Under the pieces are notes generated by a model. It searched no databases. It saw nothing but the letters and a program-made list of their open reading frames with translations, and was not told the DNA's origin. A DNA stretch of 64,000 nucleotides, taken from NCBI GenBank assembly GCA_964016885.1, contig OZ024756.1:26040001-26104000 (forward strand). The letters are read 5' to 3'. Origin of the DNA: Eledone cirrhosa. Its lineage: Eukaryota. Made by a program: the position numbers and the translations under genes. This document shows, in pieces, positions 51,301-62,275 of this stretch; the stretch's first letter is position 1, and every line of letters starts with the position of its first letter.

Positions 51301-52913
51301 AACTCTTTTGCCCTTCCTCCATCTCTGTCTGATATTATAGAGAAAAATAAATAGAAAATCAATAAAACAACTTCACAGACAACATGCTGTGTGCAAACAG
51401 GGTACCAATGTATGTATGTGTGTGTGTGTGTGTGTGTGTGGAAACAAGGGAGAAACAAGGGCAAAGAGGTGGGGATTAGTAAAACTGGCAGAGTTGTTAA
51501 AAGAAAGTTGAAACTTACCGATGGGGGGAGGAAGTCCAATAAAGTGGAGAGCATGAAGATTTGAGGATGACAAAAGAGAGAAATAGCAGAGAATATGTTG
51601 ACAGTGTGATCATGTCAAAATGTGAAAAAAAAAAAAAAAGCAGAATGTTGACAATGTAACTATCAACTGTGTAAAAAATAATAGAGAATGTGTTGATACT
51701 GTGGACATGTCAACTGTGTCAGAAGTAGCAGAGAGTATGTTGACAGTGTGATCATGTCAAAATGTGAAAAAAAAACAAAACAAAAAAAACAGAATGTTGA
51801 CAATGTAACCATAACCATGTCAACTGCATCAAGTAGAAGAGAGTATGTTGACAGTGTGATTATGTCAAAATGTGAAAAAGAAATAGCAGACTGTTGACAA
51901 TGTGACCGTGTTAACTGTGTAAAAAATAATAGAGAATATGTTGATACTGTGGACATGTCAACTGTGTCAGCACTAGCAGAGAGTATGTTGACAGTGTAAT
52001 TATGTCAATAATGTCAGAAATAGCAGGGAGTATGCTGATAATGTCAATATGCCACACATCAAATAGTCAACAAAAAACATTTATTCCTGTTTGTGACAGA
52101 ACATGGTTACATTCTAAGGATCTCAGAGCAACACCAGTTACAAAGCCTATGGAAACTTTTCTGTTAGGTTACATTACCACTGGAGTACTGTGACATTTTC
52201 AGTTTGTTTTAATCAGAGTAGGTCATTGTAGGAGAAACAATACGTGGAAGTATGTTTAAATATCCAATTTATAAGACCATTATTATTCTAAAGAAGAATG
52301 TTTATATACTTATATATGTATATATAACATTTAATATAGAAATGGCTTCAATAGGACTAGAACTGTTTCATTCAAAAGAAATCATCAGGAAAGTACTTCA
52401 CTTACTGTGGTTACCACCGATGGAACCTGGGTCTCATATATATATCCAGGGAGTGTCATAACTACAACAGAGATCCGATGAGCTTTTGATTCCAGAGTCG
52501 ATACAGATCGAACCTTGAGCTGATCAATAGTGAAACGCGCATCACCAATCAATAAACATAATGAAGGCATAACAAATCGTCCTTGTATTATTATATTTAT
52601 AGAACCATCTCAAATAAGCACTTTAAATTAAAGAACTTCACTAGTGTATCCCTAGAGGCAAACGATTTTTGTCAAGAAATATAAATTCTTAGGGCTTAAC
52701 AAATTCTTTTATCCCCTAACTGCAGTTTCACAAGTTAAAATAATAAAATCAACCATCTCAATTAATTAAGATGGCTAATTATTGCAAGAAATTACTTGAT
52801 CATCAGAGAGGAAATTTCTGTTCCTAAAATTAAGAGGGATAAGATATATTCACCTGTGAGTTATATTCTAAGTGATATTATTTATTGAGATGTAATGTAT
52901 ATTACTGACTAAA

Positions 52914-52946
<33 letters not shown>

Positions 52947-53553
52947 GTATATTTTAAATTTCATATACCTAACATGTATGCACAACCTTAGGTTTCAGGG
53001 TCCAATAATGGCCACCACTCTATAGCGGAGGAACTGTTTTAAAACTGGCTTCTCATTGGGCAAAGGTGCCCAATGAGAGGCTAGTTTTAAAATGGATCCT
53101 CCACTATACAGTGGCGGCCATAACTGGACTCCAAAACATAAGGTTGTGCATACATGTTAGGTGTATGAAATTTTAAATATATTAAATAACCTCTCTTGCA
53201 ATAGATTGAGCATTGTTTTCCTCTGCCTTATATTTATGGACATCCTGCATACATATATGTGTGTATATAATATATATATATTAGAAATATAAGCTTTCAC
53301 TGTATTTTTGACTAAAGAAATTTTTAGCCTGATAGTGGGGTTTAGAACCCTCAGAGAAATGGAAAAAGATGAGTATTGACGTACATGTACTCATCTTTTT
53401 CCATTCCTCTGAGGGTTCTAAACCCCACTATCAGGCTAAAAATTTCTTTAGTAAAAAATATGGTGAAAGCTTATATTTCTAATTTCAAACTCGCTCACTG
53501 TTTCAAAACATACTTACATATATATATATATGTAAGTATATATATATATGTAA

Positions 53554-53596
<43 letters not shown>

Positions 53597-56500
53597 TACA
53601 CATATATATATGTTGTTCTACTTTGTATTGTTGCTTGAAAATACAAATTCGGTGGAGAAAGTTTGTTAAATAAATAAATAAACTTAAACTAGGAAAGAGG
53701 AGAAGATGAGTGTCTACTTACGTCTACTGTTTTACATTCAGGGTCCCAGCCTAAATGTTTAATATGCCTGATGAGAAAACAGAGAGAAGCAAAGAGACAA
53801 TGATAAAATGAAAGCCATATATATACAATGTAGGGCTATATTTTACACATACACAACTTCCTTCCTTATCCTTGTCCTTTCTATAACAGAATCTGAAATA
53901 ACTAGTTGTTTGAAGATCAACGAAGGTTAAAAAAAGAAAAGAGTGGATCATCAGATCATACCAAGAAAACAATGTTTCTATTGGTCTTTCCATTGTTGAT
54001 ACTATCTGTCAGTCACAACTCCTGACAGAAGAAAGCATGATTTGAACTCAGAACACACAGAGTCGGGTCAGATTAGATCAGGTAATTCAAGGCATCTCAG
54101 CCAACTCTTCAACAACCATCTCCATCCTACCAACCAATGCATTATTTACCAAGTTAGCAAATAAAAACAAAATGAAATATTTCTCTACATACATGCTCAG
54201 TATTCTAATCTATTAATATAACCACTAACTATTATAACCAGCAATATCTGAAAGAAATGGAGCTGTAATGAACCAAAGTTTGTCTCAGAATCAGTAGAGC
54301 ATCAAACAAAATGCCATATAGCGTTCATTTCAGCTTTCCTGTGTTTTAAGTTCAAACCCTGTTCAAGTCAACTTTGCCTTTCATACTTCCAGGGTTCATA
54401 CAATAAAGTACCAGATGTAACTGACTTCCCTTCCTCACCAAAATTGTAGGCCTTGTGCCTAAATCAGAAAGCATTATTATTATTATTATTATTATTACTA
54501 GAAGGGTAGTGGATTGACAAAATTGTTAGAATGGTGGACAAAATGCTTTCCACCATTTGTTTCTGCTCAAATTCCGCTAATGTCAACTTTGCCTTTCATT
54601 CTTAATACCAGTAATGCAGTAGGGTCGATTTAATCGACCTTCCGCTCCCCTAAAATTGCTGGCCTTGTGCCTAAATTAGAAACCCTTATTATTATTATTA
54701 TTATTATTGATATTTTTATCATCACCAGGATCTGCTTTATTCTTCTGTGGTTGTTCCCAACAAAAATATGTGAACTCCCACCCCACTCACCGTGCCAATG
54801 TTAGCCCTCAATATAAAGAACTTTGGTAACAATCCAAGAAAATTAGCTTCAAGAACTCACCGGAAATTTGTAGGTTGGCCAATGTCTTGTTTTGTTAAAC
54901 GTGATTTCTTTTTTTCTTTCTTTATTGTAGACTTCTTGAGTGTACCAAGTTGTGTAGGACCTGGAAAACATGGACAAATATACTCTATATACATATATTT
55001 ATTATTAGTACAGATTAAAAGTTTAACCCTTTAATGTTCAAACTGGCCAAAACCGGCCAGAATTCTCTACCTCTTTCTGTTGAAACTGGCTGTAACTGGT
55101 CGCTGAAACTGATGTTAAGGTATTGTTCTCAAAATAAATACTTTCAAAATCTCATAGATTCGATATTATGTGAGATAATTATGCGAGCTAAAGCCTTCAC
55201 CATGAAAATATAATAGTATATATAGAGTAATGTGAATACTAAAGGGTTAAGCAAATAATTTCTGCTTTCACCACCCAGAGTGGGATCATCATATTGCTAC
55301 TATATATCATCGTTTTTACATCTGCTTTTCCAAGCTTGCACAGGTTCTTCTTAGCATGGCATCTCTCCACACGTTGCAATCTTTTGTCATCTCCTCTGAA
55401 TCTCAGTAATTTGAGGTCAGCTCTCACAACCTCTACCCAAGTCTTTCTTGGGCTACCTCTACTGCAGCTTCCTTCCACCGACATTTTCTGTCACTTCTTC
55501 ACCCAACGATCATTGCCCATGCGCATCACGTACAAACCAACGCAGTCTTCTTTCCTGCACACCACCTCGGATTCCTCTTTAACCCAGCTTCTCACTCAAC
55601 TCGTCCATGTTCTGCCTTTCTCTCACATTTACATTGCACATCCAACGGAGCATGGGTGCTTCATTTCTCTCCCATTTTTGGCTTGGTTTCTACGGTTGGT
55701 TGCCCTTTCTATACTTCCTCAAAAGGTCTCTTACACACACTCCCTCAAAAGCTTTGTTACAACCAGTCGAAAAATAGTATTTTACCAACACTTTCCTTAA
55801 GGGCTCACTCACTAACACCTTCCTTAAAGGGTTTCTCACCAACACCTCACTGGAAAAAGTCCCTTACCCCTTCCTCCAAATAAATACCTCTTACCTCCAG
55901 TATCCATGGGTTTCTGTATAGGTGCTTTATTTGAAGTCATGTTGTTCTGAGTTATGTTAGTTTGCTGGTTACGTTGAGAATTCTGTTGGTTTCTCCGTTC
56001 TGTCAGGATAAATAACAAAAGACAACTACTATATGTTGTACTGGCTACAAACCATTATACACAGAGCAAGAGATAATTTTGTTTATATCAATAAGTACCA
56101 GTTACTTGAAATACGAGTATCCTTTAGTGGCTGATCACACAGACAGACATACACATACATATATAAATATAGATATGGCCTGGAGAAGGATGGGCTCTGC
56201 CCAAGAAACACTGTATGTCAGTATGTTGACCCTACAACTCTATCAGGAGTTATAAGACCATATTATATATATTTGAAAACATGGGAATCTCAAATGCAGA
56301 AAATAACTGTAACAACAGTTGATTGCTATAAATAGTAGCTTAAAAAATTGAATAAAATATCCCTAGAGACAGAAAAAAGTTACAAGCACTGCTATGGCTG
56401 TTGGCCACCCACTCAAGGGGTATTTTATTTGATTTTCTAAGCTATGTTTTATAGTGATTGCCTGTTGTTACAGATATTTTCTACATTTGGGATTCCCAAA

Positions 56501-57015
56501 TTTTCAAATTTCAAAACACCTAAGTACTTTGATAATTCATAATATCACTGTTGTTTTCATCATCATCATCATTGTTTAATGCCTGCTTGCCCTGCTAGCT
56601 AGGGTTGAACATGTGGACACAGACCATGTGCATTTTAATGGGAAGTTGTCCTGTGACACAACTGAAGAGTCCTTTCAACCCTTTTGGCATGGTTTCTACA
56701 GTGGGGTGCCCTTCTTATCACCAACCACCTTACAGATAGTATGGCAGCAGATGGTATTATCCTGTAATCAAGGGCAAAAGATGGTATCATTCTGAAACCA
56801 AGACAACAGATGGTATCCTGTAACCAAAGCAACAGTTGACAGACACCTTTCCCATTTATATTTCAACCAGCAACTCACCTTCCTTCTTCATCTGTCTTTC
56901 CAATATTTTACTGTTAACTGTCTGTATAAACCTGGCAGCCTCATCTTCATTAGCAAAGTTGATGCCTGCCTGGCTCGCCTGCAAATATATAACACATATA
57001 TACATATATTCATAT

Positions 57016-57055
<40 letters not shown>

Positions 57056-57600
57056 TATATATATATATGTGCAACCGATAGAAAGTATTAGCAATTGGAA
57101 AGACCAACGGAAACATTATTTCCTCAGTCCAATTTGACGAAAAGTCGATATATATATATATATATATATGTGTAAAATGTAAACAGAAATGACAACACGT
57201 TCGGTACAGTATATGGAAGGGATATATTAGGTTAACTCTTGATATAGCAGGAAGAGGGTCTTAACGTTTCGGACTCTAGTCCTTCAGCAGAAGAGAGAAT
57301 GAGAAATAAGATAGATTGAGGGGACGGGCAGGTTGGAATTGGAAAAAATGTCTTTAGATAAAAATAACAGGTCCATTCATGTTGACATCTCTTGCAAAAC
57401 TGACTAACTACATGCTTTTTTCACTGTTTTCTTTCTTTCTTTACACATACACACACACAACTACCCATCAATCATCCAATCTTCAGACCTACCCACACTA
57501 CTGCCAAACTTACCTCAGCTTCAAATGTGTGGAAGAATTTTCGAGGGTTCTTATATTTCAGCTGGTTGTACATCTCCTGTTCCCATAGTAACTGTTGCCG
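39332..57600 (-). CDS. WASL: WASP / N-WASP family actin nucleation-promoting factor (canonical 5' exons not found in the window)
   Basis: exons 57514-57600, 56879-56978, 55895-55999, 54861-54960, 53722-53767, 41750-41924, 40309-40844, 40012-40111, 39332-39396; GT-AG and in phase; LLWEQEMY and [10 protein letters not shown] (WH1), [18 protein letters not shown] (CRIB), poly-Pro, 2x WH2, IVGALSRAL (C), DDEWDD* (A). Confidence 0.93.
39675..39890. repeat. degenerate ~57-bp tandem repeat (GTGATGGTGCCACAATAAA..CCCAGTACACTCTGTAAA)
   Basis: 3-4 units; SINE-tail-like sequence. Confidence 0.7.
40012..40111 (-). CDS. WASL: WASP C (central) domain exon
   Basis: [33 protein letters not shown]. Confidence 0.93.
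40309..40844 (-). CDS. WASL: WASP poly-proline plus tandem WH2 exon
   Basis: [18 protein letters not shown] and [19 protein letters not shown]. Confidence 0.95.
41750..41924 (-). CDS. WASL: WASP GBD C-terminal exon
   Basis: [25 protein letters not shown], including the regulatory Tyr of IYDF. Confidence 0.93.
42730..45078. repeat. diverged ~490-bp inverted repeat (42730-43215 / 44560-45078)
   Basis: tacaatgtgcttataaa..ttcttctcata and gatatttactgcagacctaacattatatcaggaaccatg are present on both strands. Confidence 0.85.
44280..44570 (-). pseudogene. decayed GIY-YIG endonuclease of a Penelope-like retroelement
   Basis: [50 protein letters not shown]..(frameshift)[27 protein letters not shown] matches the YIGxT..FKxR..H..SF..TxL..IWxLK..CxLCLxE pattern. 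Confidence 0.7.
45085..45785. repeat. ~60-80-bp minisatellite with variable (TATC)n(TA)n spacer
   Basis: constant part ATGGATGTACATATATAGATATACAAATGTTTATGTATATACGTAACCATC, about 9 copies. Confidence 0.95.
46594..46680 (+). ncRNA. hammerhead-like motif with long stem II
   Basis: CCCC(TC) CTGATGA A GGAACTTGA...TTGAGTTTC A GAA ACCATGGT T GGGG; palindromic stem III. Confidence 0.5.
47007..47070 (+). ncRNA. minimal type I hammerhead ribozyme motif
   Basis: TTTAT CTGATGA GAACA...TGTTTTC GAA ATGCGCAT A ATAAA: stem I TTTAT/ATAAA, palindromic stem III, AUA cleavage triplet. Confidence 0.65.
49695..50029 (-). mobile_element. SINE family A copy
   Basis: reverse complement of 8-355. Confidence 0.88.
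51590..52035. repeat. complex higher-order tandem repeat built on TGTTGACA/TGTCAA motifs
   Basis: recurring GAGTATGTTGACAGTGTGATCATGTCAAAATGTGAAAA. Confidence 0.8.
52950..53180. mobile_element. fold-back element with ~110-bp arms next to (TA)n
   Basis: arms centred on TGGGCA AAGG TGCCCA; decayed GAAAC CTAAG GT motif. Confidence 0.7.
53280..53483. mobile_element. fold-back element with ~95-bp arms between (TA)n tracts
   Basis: ATTAGAAATATAAGCTTTCAC...GAGTA / TACTC...GTGAAAGCTTATATTTCTAAT. Confidence 0.75.
53722..53767 (-). CDS. WASL: WASP CRIB exon, second half
   Basis: [15 protein letters not shown]. Confidence 0.9.
54861..54960 (-). CDS. WASL: WASP basic region / CRIB first-half exon
   Basis: [25 protein letters not shown]. 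Confidence 0.93.
55300..55660 (-). mobile_element. RTE LINE 3' fragment
   Basis: [26 protein letters not shown]; similar + strand relic at 58540-58810. Confidence 0.75.
55895..55999 (-). CDS. WASL: WASP linker exon (Q/N-rich)
   Basis: phase 1/1 exon [34 protein letters not shown] with GT-AG sites. Confidence 0.8.
56879..56978 (-). CDS. WASL: WASP WH1 C-terminal exon
   Basis: [19 protein letters not shown]. Confidence 0.94.
57259..57294 (-). ncRNA. hammerhead motif with an A6>C core substitution
   Basis: TCTT CTGCTGA A GGAC TAGA GTCC GAA ACGT T AAGA. Confidence 0.5.
57514..57600 (-). CDS. WASL: WASP WH1 middle exon
   Basis: [29 protein letters not shown]. Confidence 0.94.
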
Positions 57601-58894
57601 CTGAAGAAAGACAAAAAGTTGGTGACAAAGTGGAAACATTTATTTGAGAATAAAACATACAAAATTAAAAAACAAAAAAAGATATTTTAATTATAAGTTA
57701 GTCAACAAAGAATGAACTAAACTCATGAACTTTAACACTTTTGGGACTGTATTTCTAATGAAATACACTATTTCAATTAAATAATAAAGAACTTTGAAGG
57801 GTTTAATAAAACTATTAGCGTATATACGTGGATATAAGCCAACCCCAACCCCATTTTATGCCAGAGAAATGAGCAAAATTCCAACCCTGTTTACAAGCAG
57901 AGGCAGCTAATCAATACATGTTTAGATGACCTGGTTTTGAAATTCTCATGAGTATGAAATATATTTGTGAAGTTTTGATATTTAATGTCTTTTTTTTTTC
58001 TATGTGTGCATAGGTTGGACAGGTCCTTTCTAGCACAGCCTGCCTCCACTTGTAGCATTTCTTTATTGTCTCTTCTCTGAGGTAACTAATCTAATTTGTT
58101 TCAGAACACCTTATTTGTTACCACATCAAGTAAAAAAAGGAAACTTAGGGATAATTCTTAACCGATCAATACTGGAAGCCCTAAACACAAAGAATACCTT
58201 TAAAAACTAATAAAACACAAAGTATCACTAAACTTTATATATAAAATCTTTATCAAAATGAAAAGGTGAAACTTTATATTTAAAATTTTTATCGAAATTC
58301 TTCCATCTTAATTCGGTGTAAGAACATTTTTATGTTCCAAACACCTGCTTAATAATGAGAACATTAGTTATAGTACTTAATTCCTCCAAATTCTTCAATT
58401 TCAAAATTGCTTGAAAATCATAGGTAGTGTTTTTCATTAGAAATATGGTAACAAAAGGATTAAATTTAAAATATCAGGTAAAATTATGTAGATATTAAAT
58501 GATGATCATGATTCATGGACAAATTGAGAAAAAAACTGGGTATGATAGGAATCAGATGTAATGTGTAAGAGAGAAGAATGTGTTGTTATGGACATGTGAT
58601 ATGTATCAATAATGGTTGCTAGATGAAAAAGTGTCAGGTGATGCGAGTGGAAGGAAGCTGCAGTAGAGGAAGTCGGAGAAAGACATAGGCAGAGATGGTT
58701 AGAGCTGATCTCAAAATACAGAGGAGATGAGAAAGGAATGCTACAAGTGGAGGCAGGCTATGGTGGAAAGGACCTGTCCAACCTATGCAGACATGGAAAA
58801 AAACAGACATAATATTGACTCCTTAAAATATTGAAACTGAACAAAAATAAATGTATGTACAGTATAGTATCTAAGAAAAACACTACCAGCTTAC

Positions 58895-60448
58895 CTCATC
58901 CATGGCATACACCTGTGCTAAGGACTTTAAATAATTGATATATTCTGCATATGGTGTATAATCAAATTGTTCATCTGACTGATACAGTTGTTCATTGTCT
59001 AGATGGGAACTCTCTGTTCTGTAATAGCTACCATCACCACTGCTATTGTCAGTACAGTTGTTGTTGTGATAAGAGCTCTCTGTTCTGTAATAGCTACCAT
59101 CACCACCACCACTATTGTCAGTACAGTTTTGATAAATGTAAATATTATCTTCAAACATCTCCACAGATTCTGGATTTGTTTCAAAACCATTGTATTTATA
59201 AGCTGTGTTGTTATTCTGGTGGTGTTGGTGTTGGCCATTGGAGTGCTCAGGAGCAAAACCTTGGTACTGGTTGCTATATCCTTGAGATTTTTCATTAAAC
59301 TCACATATTTTCCTGGATTCTTGGTGAGTACCAGTCATTTTATAGGGGTTATATTTATTATGTGAAGGGCTCGCTAGGTAGATAGCTCTGCTCCACATTT
59401 CACGTGGATTAAAATTCCTGTCAGACATTTGTGTAGTAGTAGTTGCTAGGTGGTGGTGGTTTGACTGACTGAGAGGGCTGGCAGAGTCATAGCAACCATT
59501 TTTAGTGTATGATGATGATGATGATGATGACACATCACCTTTATTATAGTAACTATGAGCATAATCAAGGGCTCTTGACCATTTGTCCTGGGAGGAGTCT
59601 GTGTTGAAGCTATTTCTGTCTTTGGGGTCATACTGGTCCACCTGAGAGATGTGATTACAGTTGTTATCACAATACAACATATCTTTGTTATGAGAGTGGC
59701 CTGATTTCATCAGGTGAGGCTGAAAGTTGACATACTCCAAGGAAGAAACAGGGTGAGAAGGATTAGTTACATGGATAGAATCCACTTTCTGATAACCAGT
59801 GGACATCTTATCTTGATAATACTGACCATTCTGTGAATGTTTGGCCGTATATGTCTGGGTATGAGAGGGTTGAGAGTCATACGGTACTTGGAGGTCATTG
59901 GACCCTCGGCTGTAAGAAGTCTGGTTAAAAGAATGCTGGACATTAAAGTCCTCTGATCTGGTCAACTGGTGGCCATCATGTGTGTATGGAGTGGCAGTGT
60001 CATAGGAGGAGGACTGACGGTTAGAAGACTGCTGGAAGTCTACTTGTTGAATGGAACTATCTTCACTTTGACCGTAAGAATACACAGCTTTAGAAGGTTG
60101 GTAATTGGAAGTAGTATGGTGCCCATTATATTGTTGGTAGTCTGCCGTTGTAGATGTATGGTGGCTGTTGTGTGTCTCTTGAAGCTGGTTGTTATAACTT
60201 GAATGACAAGAAGTGGAGTGGTGTCCATTATATTGGTGATAGTCTGCAGTTGTAGATGCACTGTGGTCATTGTGTGTCTGTTGTAGATGTGATGATAATG
60301 ATGATGATGATAATGACGATGTCAACTGGTCCCCACTGTAATTTAAGTAGTCCTCCGTCGAAGGTGTCTCACACAACCCATACGGGTCATATTTTCTGTT
60401 ACCATTAAATAGTTTATATGCATAGCGGTAAGATTTTTTCACAGCCAT
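58895..60448 (-). CDS. large low-complexity (S/Q/H/N/Y/D-rich) exon, 518 codons, probable alternative first coding exon of WASP
   Basis: uninterrupted 1.55-kb ORF from ATG 60448; donor GAG|GTAAGC at 58895 in phase 0, matching the phase-0 acceptor at 57600. Confidence 0.7.
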
Positions 60449-60824
60449 TTAGGCAGAGAAGAATACAAAGAAGATATGGGAGAGATATATCAGTTACTCG
60501 TTTTCTCTGTTTTCATTATTATAGTTTTTACAGTTAAACAATCCACCTACATTGCCTATTGACTTAGTAATGAGACGGCTGCAGTTATTTCGAGAGGGGA
60601 TTAACAGCACGTGATGGTTATGGCGAAGGAGGGGGTGATGGAGGCTTTGATGGAGGAAGAGAATAATTTTGTTGCAGTACAGATTAGGATTATCAACTGA
60701 TCAATAAAAAAAGGATTATTACATCAAGCTAGGTCCTCAGTCTTCACTGGATTAATGGAATCTGAGTAAAATAGCTAGCAGCATGGTGGTGGCCATAGGT
60801 TTTACTGCATTTACTGCAGGTGAC

Positions 60825-61840
60825 CATGAATCACATGCTGACCATATATTTCACTAATGGCCATGCTAAATCACATGCTTGCTATATATTTCACTAATTA
60901 CCACACTAAATTACGTGCTGACCAATATATTTCACTAATTACCACACTAAATCACGTGCTTGCTATATATTTCACTAATTACCACACTAAATTACATGCT
61001 GGCTATATATTTCACTAATTACCACACTAAATTACGTGCTGACCAATATATTTCACTAATTACCACACTAAATCACGTGCTTGCTATATATTTCACTAAT
61101 TACCACACTAAATTACATGCTGGCTATATATTTCACTAATGACCACACTAAATTACGTGCTGACCAATATATTTCACTAATGACCACACTAAATCACATG
61201 CTGACCATATATTTCACTCTAACCACACTAAATCACGTGCTGACCATATATTTCACTCTAACCACACTAAATCATGTGGTGACCAATATATTTCACTCTA
61301 ACCACACTAAATCACGTGCTGACCATATATTTCACTAATGACCACACTAAATCACGTGCTGACCAATATATTTCACTCTGACCACACTAAATCATGTGCT
61401 GACCAATATATTTCACTCTGACCACACTAAATCACGTGCTGACCAATATATTTCACTCTGACCACACTAAATCATGTGGTGACCAATATATTTCACTCTG
61501 ACTACACTAAATCATGTGCTGACCAATATATTTCACTCTGACCACACTAAATCATGTGCTGACCATATATTTCACTCTGACCACACTAAATCATGTGCTG
61601 ACCAATATATTTCACTCTGACCACACTAAATCATGTGCTGACCATATATTTCACTCTGACCACACTAAATCATGTGCTGACCAATATATTTCACTCTGAC
61701 CACACTAAATCACGTGCTGACCAATATATTTCACTCTGACCACACTAAATCATGTGCTGACCAATATATTTCACTCTGACCACACTAAATCATGTGCTGA
61801 CCAATATATTTCACTCTGACCACACTAAATCATGTGGTGA
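60825..61840. repeat. 39/40-bp minisatellite (about 25 copies), many units with CACGTG/CATGTG
   Basis: unit CCACACTAAATCAYGTGCTGACC(A)ATATATTTCACTCTGA. Confidence 0.95.
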
Positions 61841-62109
61841 TATATTCAGATATGCAACGGATTCTTCTGGTAAATGAATAGTTATAAAACAATTATAAAG
61901 TAGGAAAGACTACTCTTCGTGGGTCTGAGAAAAGTACCAGATTGGTGACTTGTGTGAATTAGACCATCAAAACTGAAATATGGTGAGAGGTAACAAAAAG
62001 AATCATACTGCATCGTCCCTCATGTGAGTTAATAAAGGATGTAATCAGGCCTTAGGTAGAGGCCTGTTCGAAAAATATATTGCAGTCTTCATTTCATGCA
62101 GTAAAAACT

Positions 62110-62275
62110 GGTGATGGGCTGGCGACATGACCCGAGAGGCATGGGATAGATGCACAAAGATTGCATAAGAGGATTCAGAAGGGAGCAAATCTTGACAATT
62201 GGAACCTGGAACATTACAACCCTTATAGGTAAGAAACAGGAACTATATGCATCACATGTCCGTATGAACGCAGTC
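62110..62275 (+). mobile_element. LINE 5' fragment (start of AP endonuclease)
   Basis: LTIGTWNITTLIGKKQEL matches the APE motif I GTWNV.TL. Confidence 0.65.
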
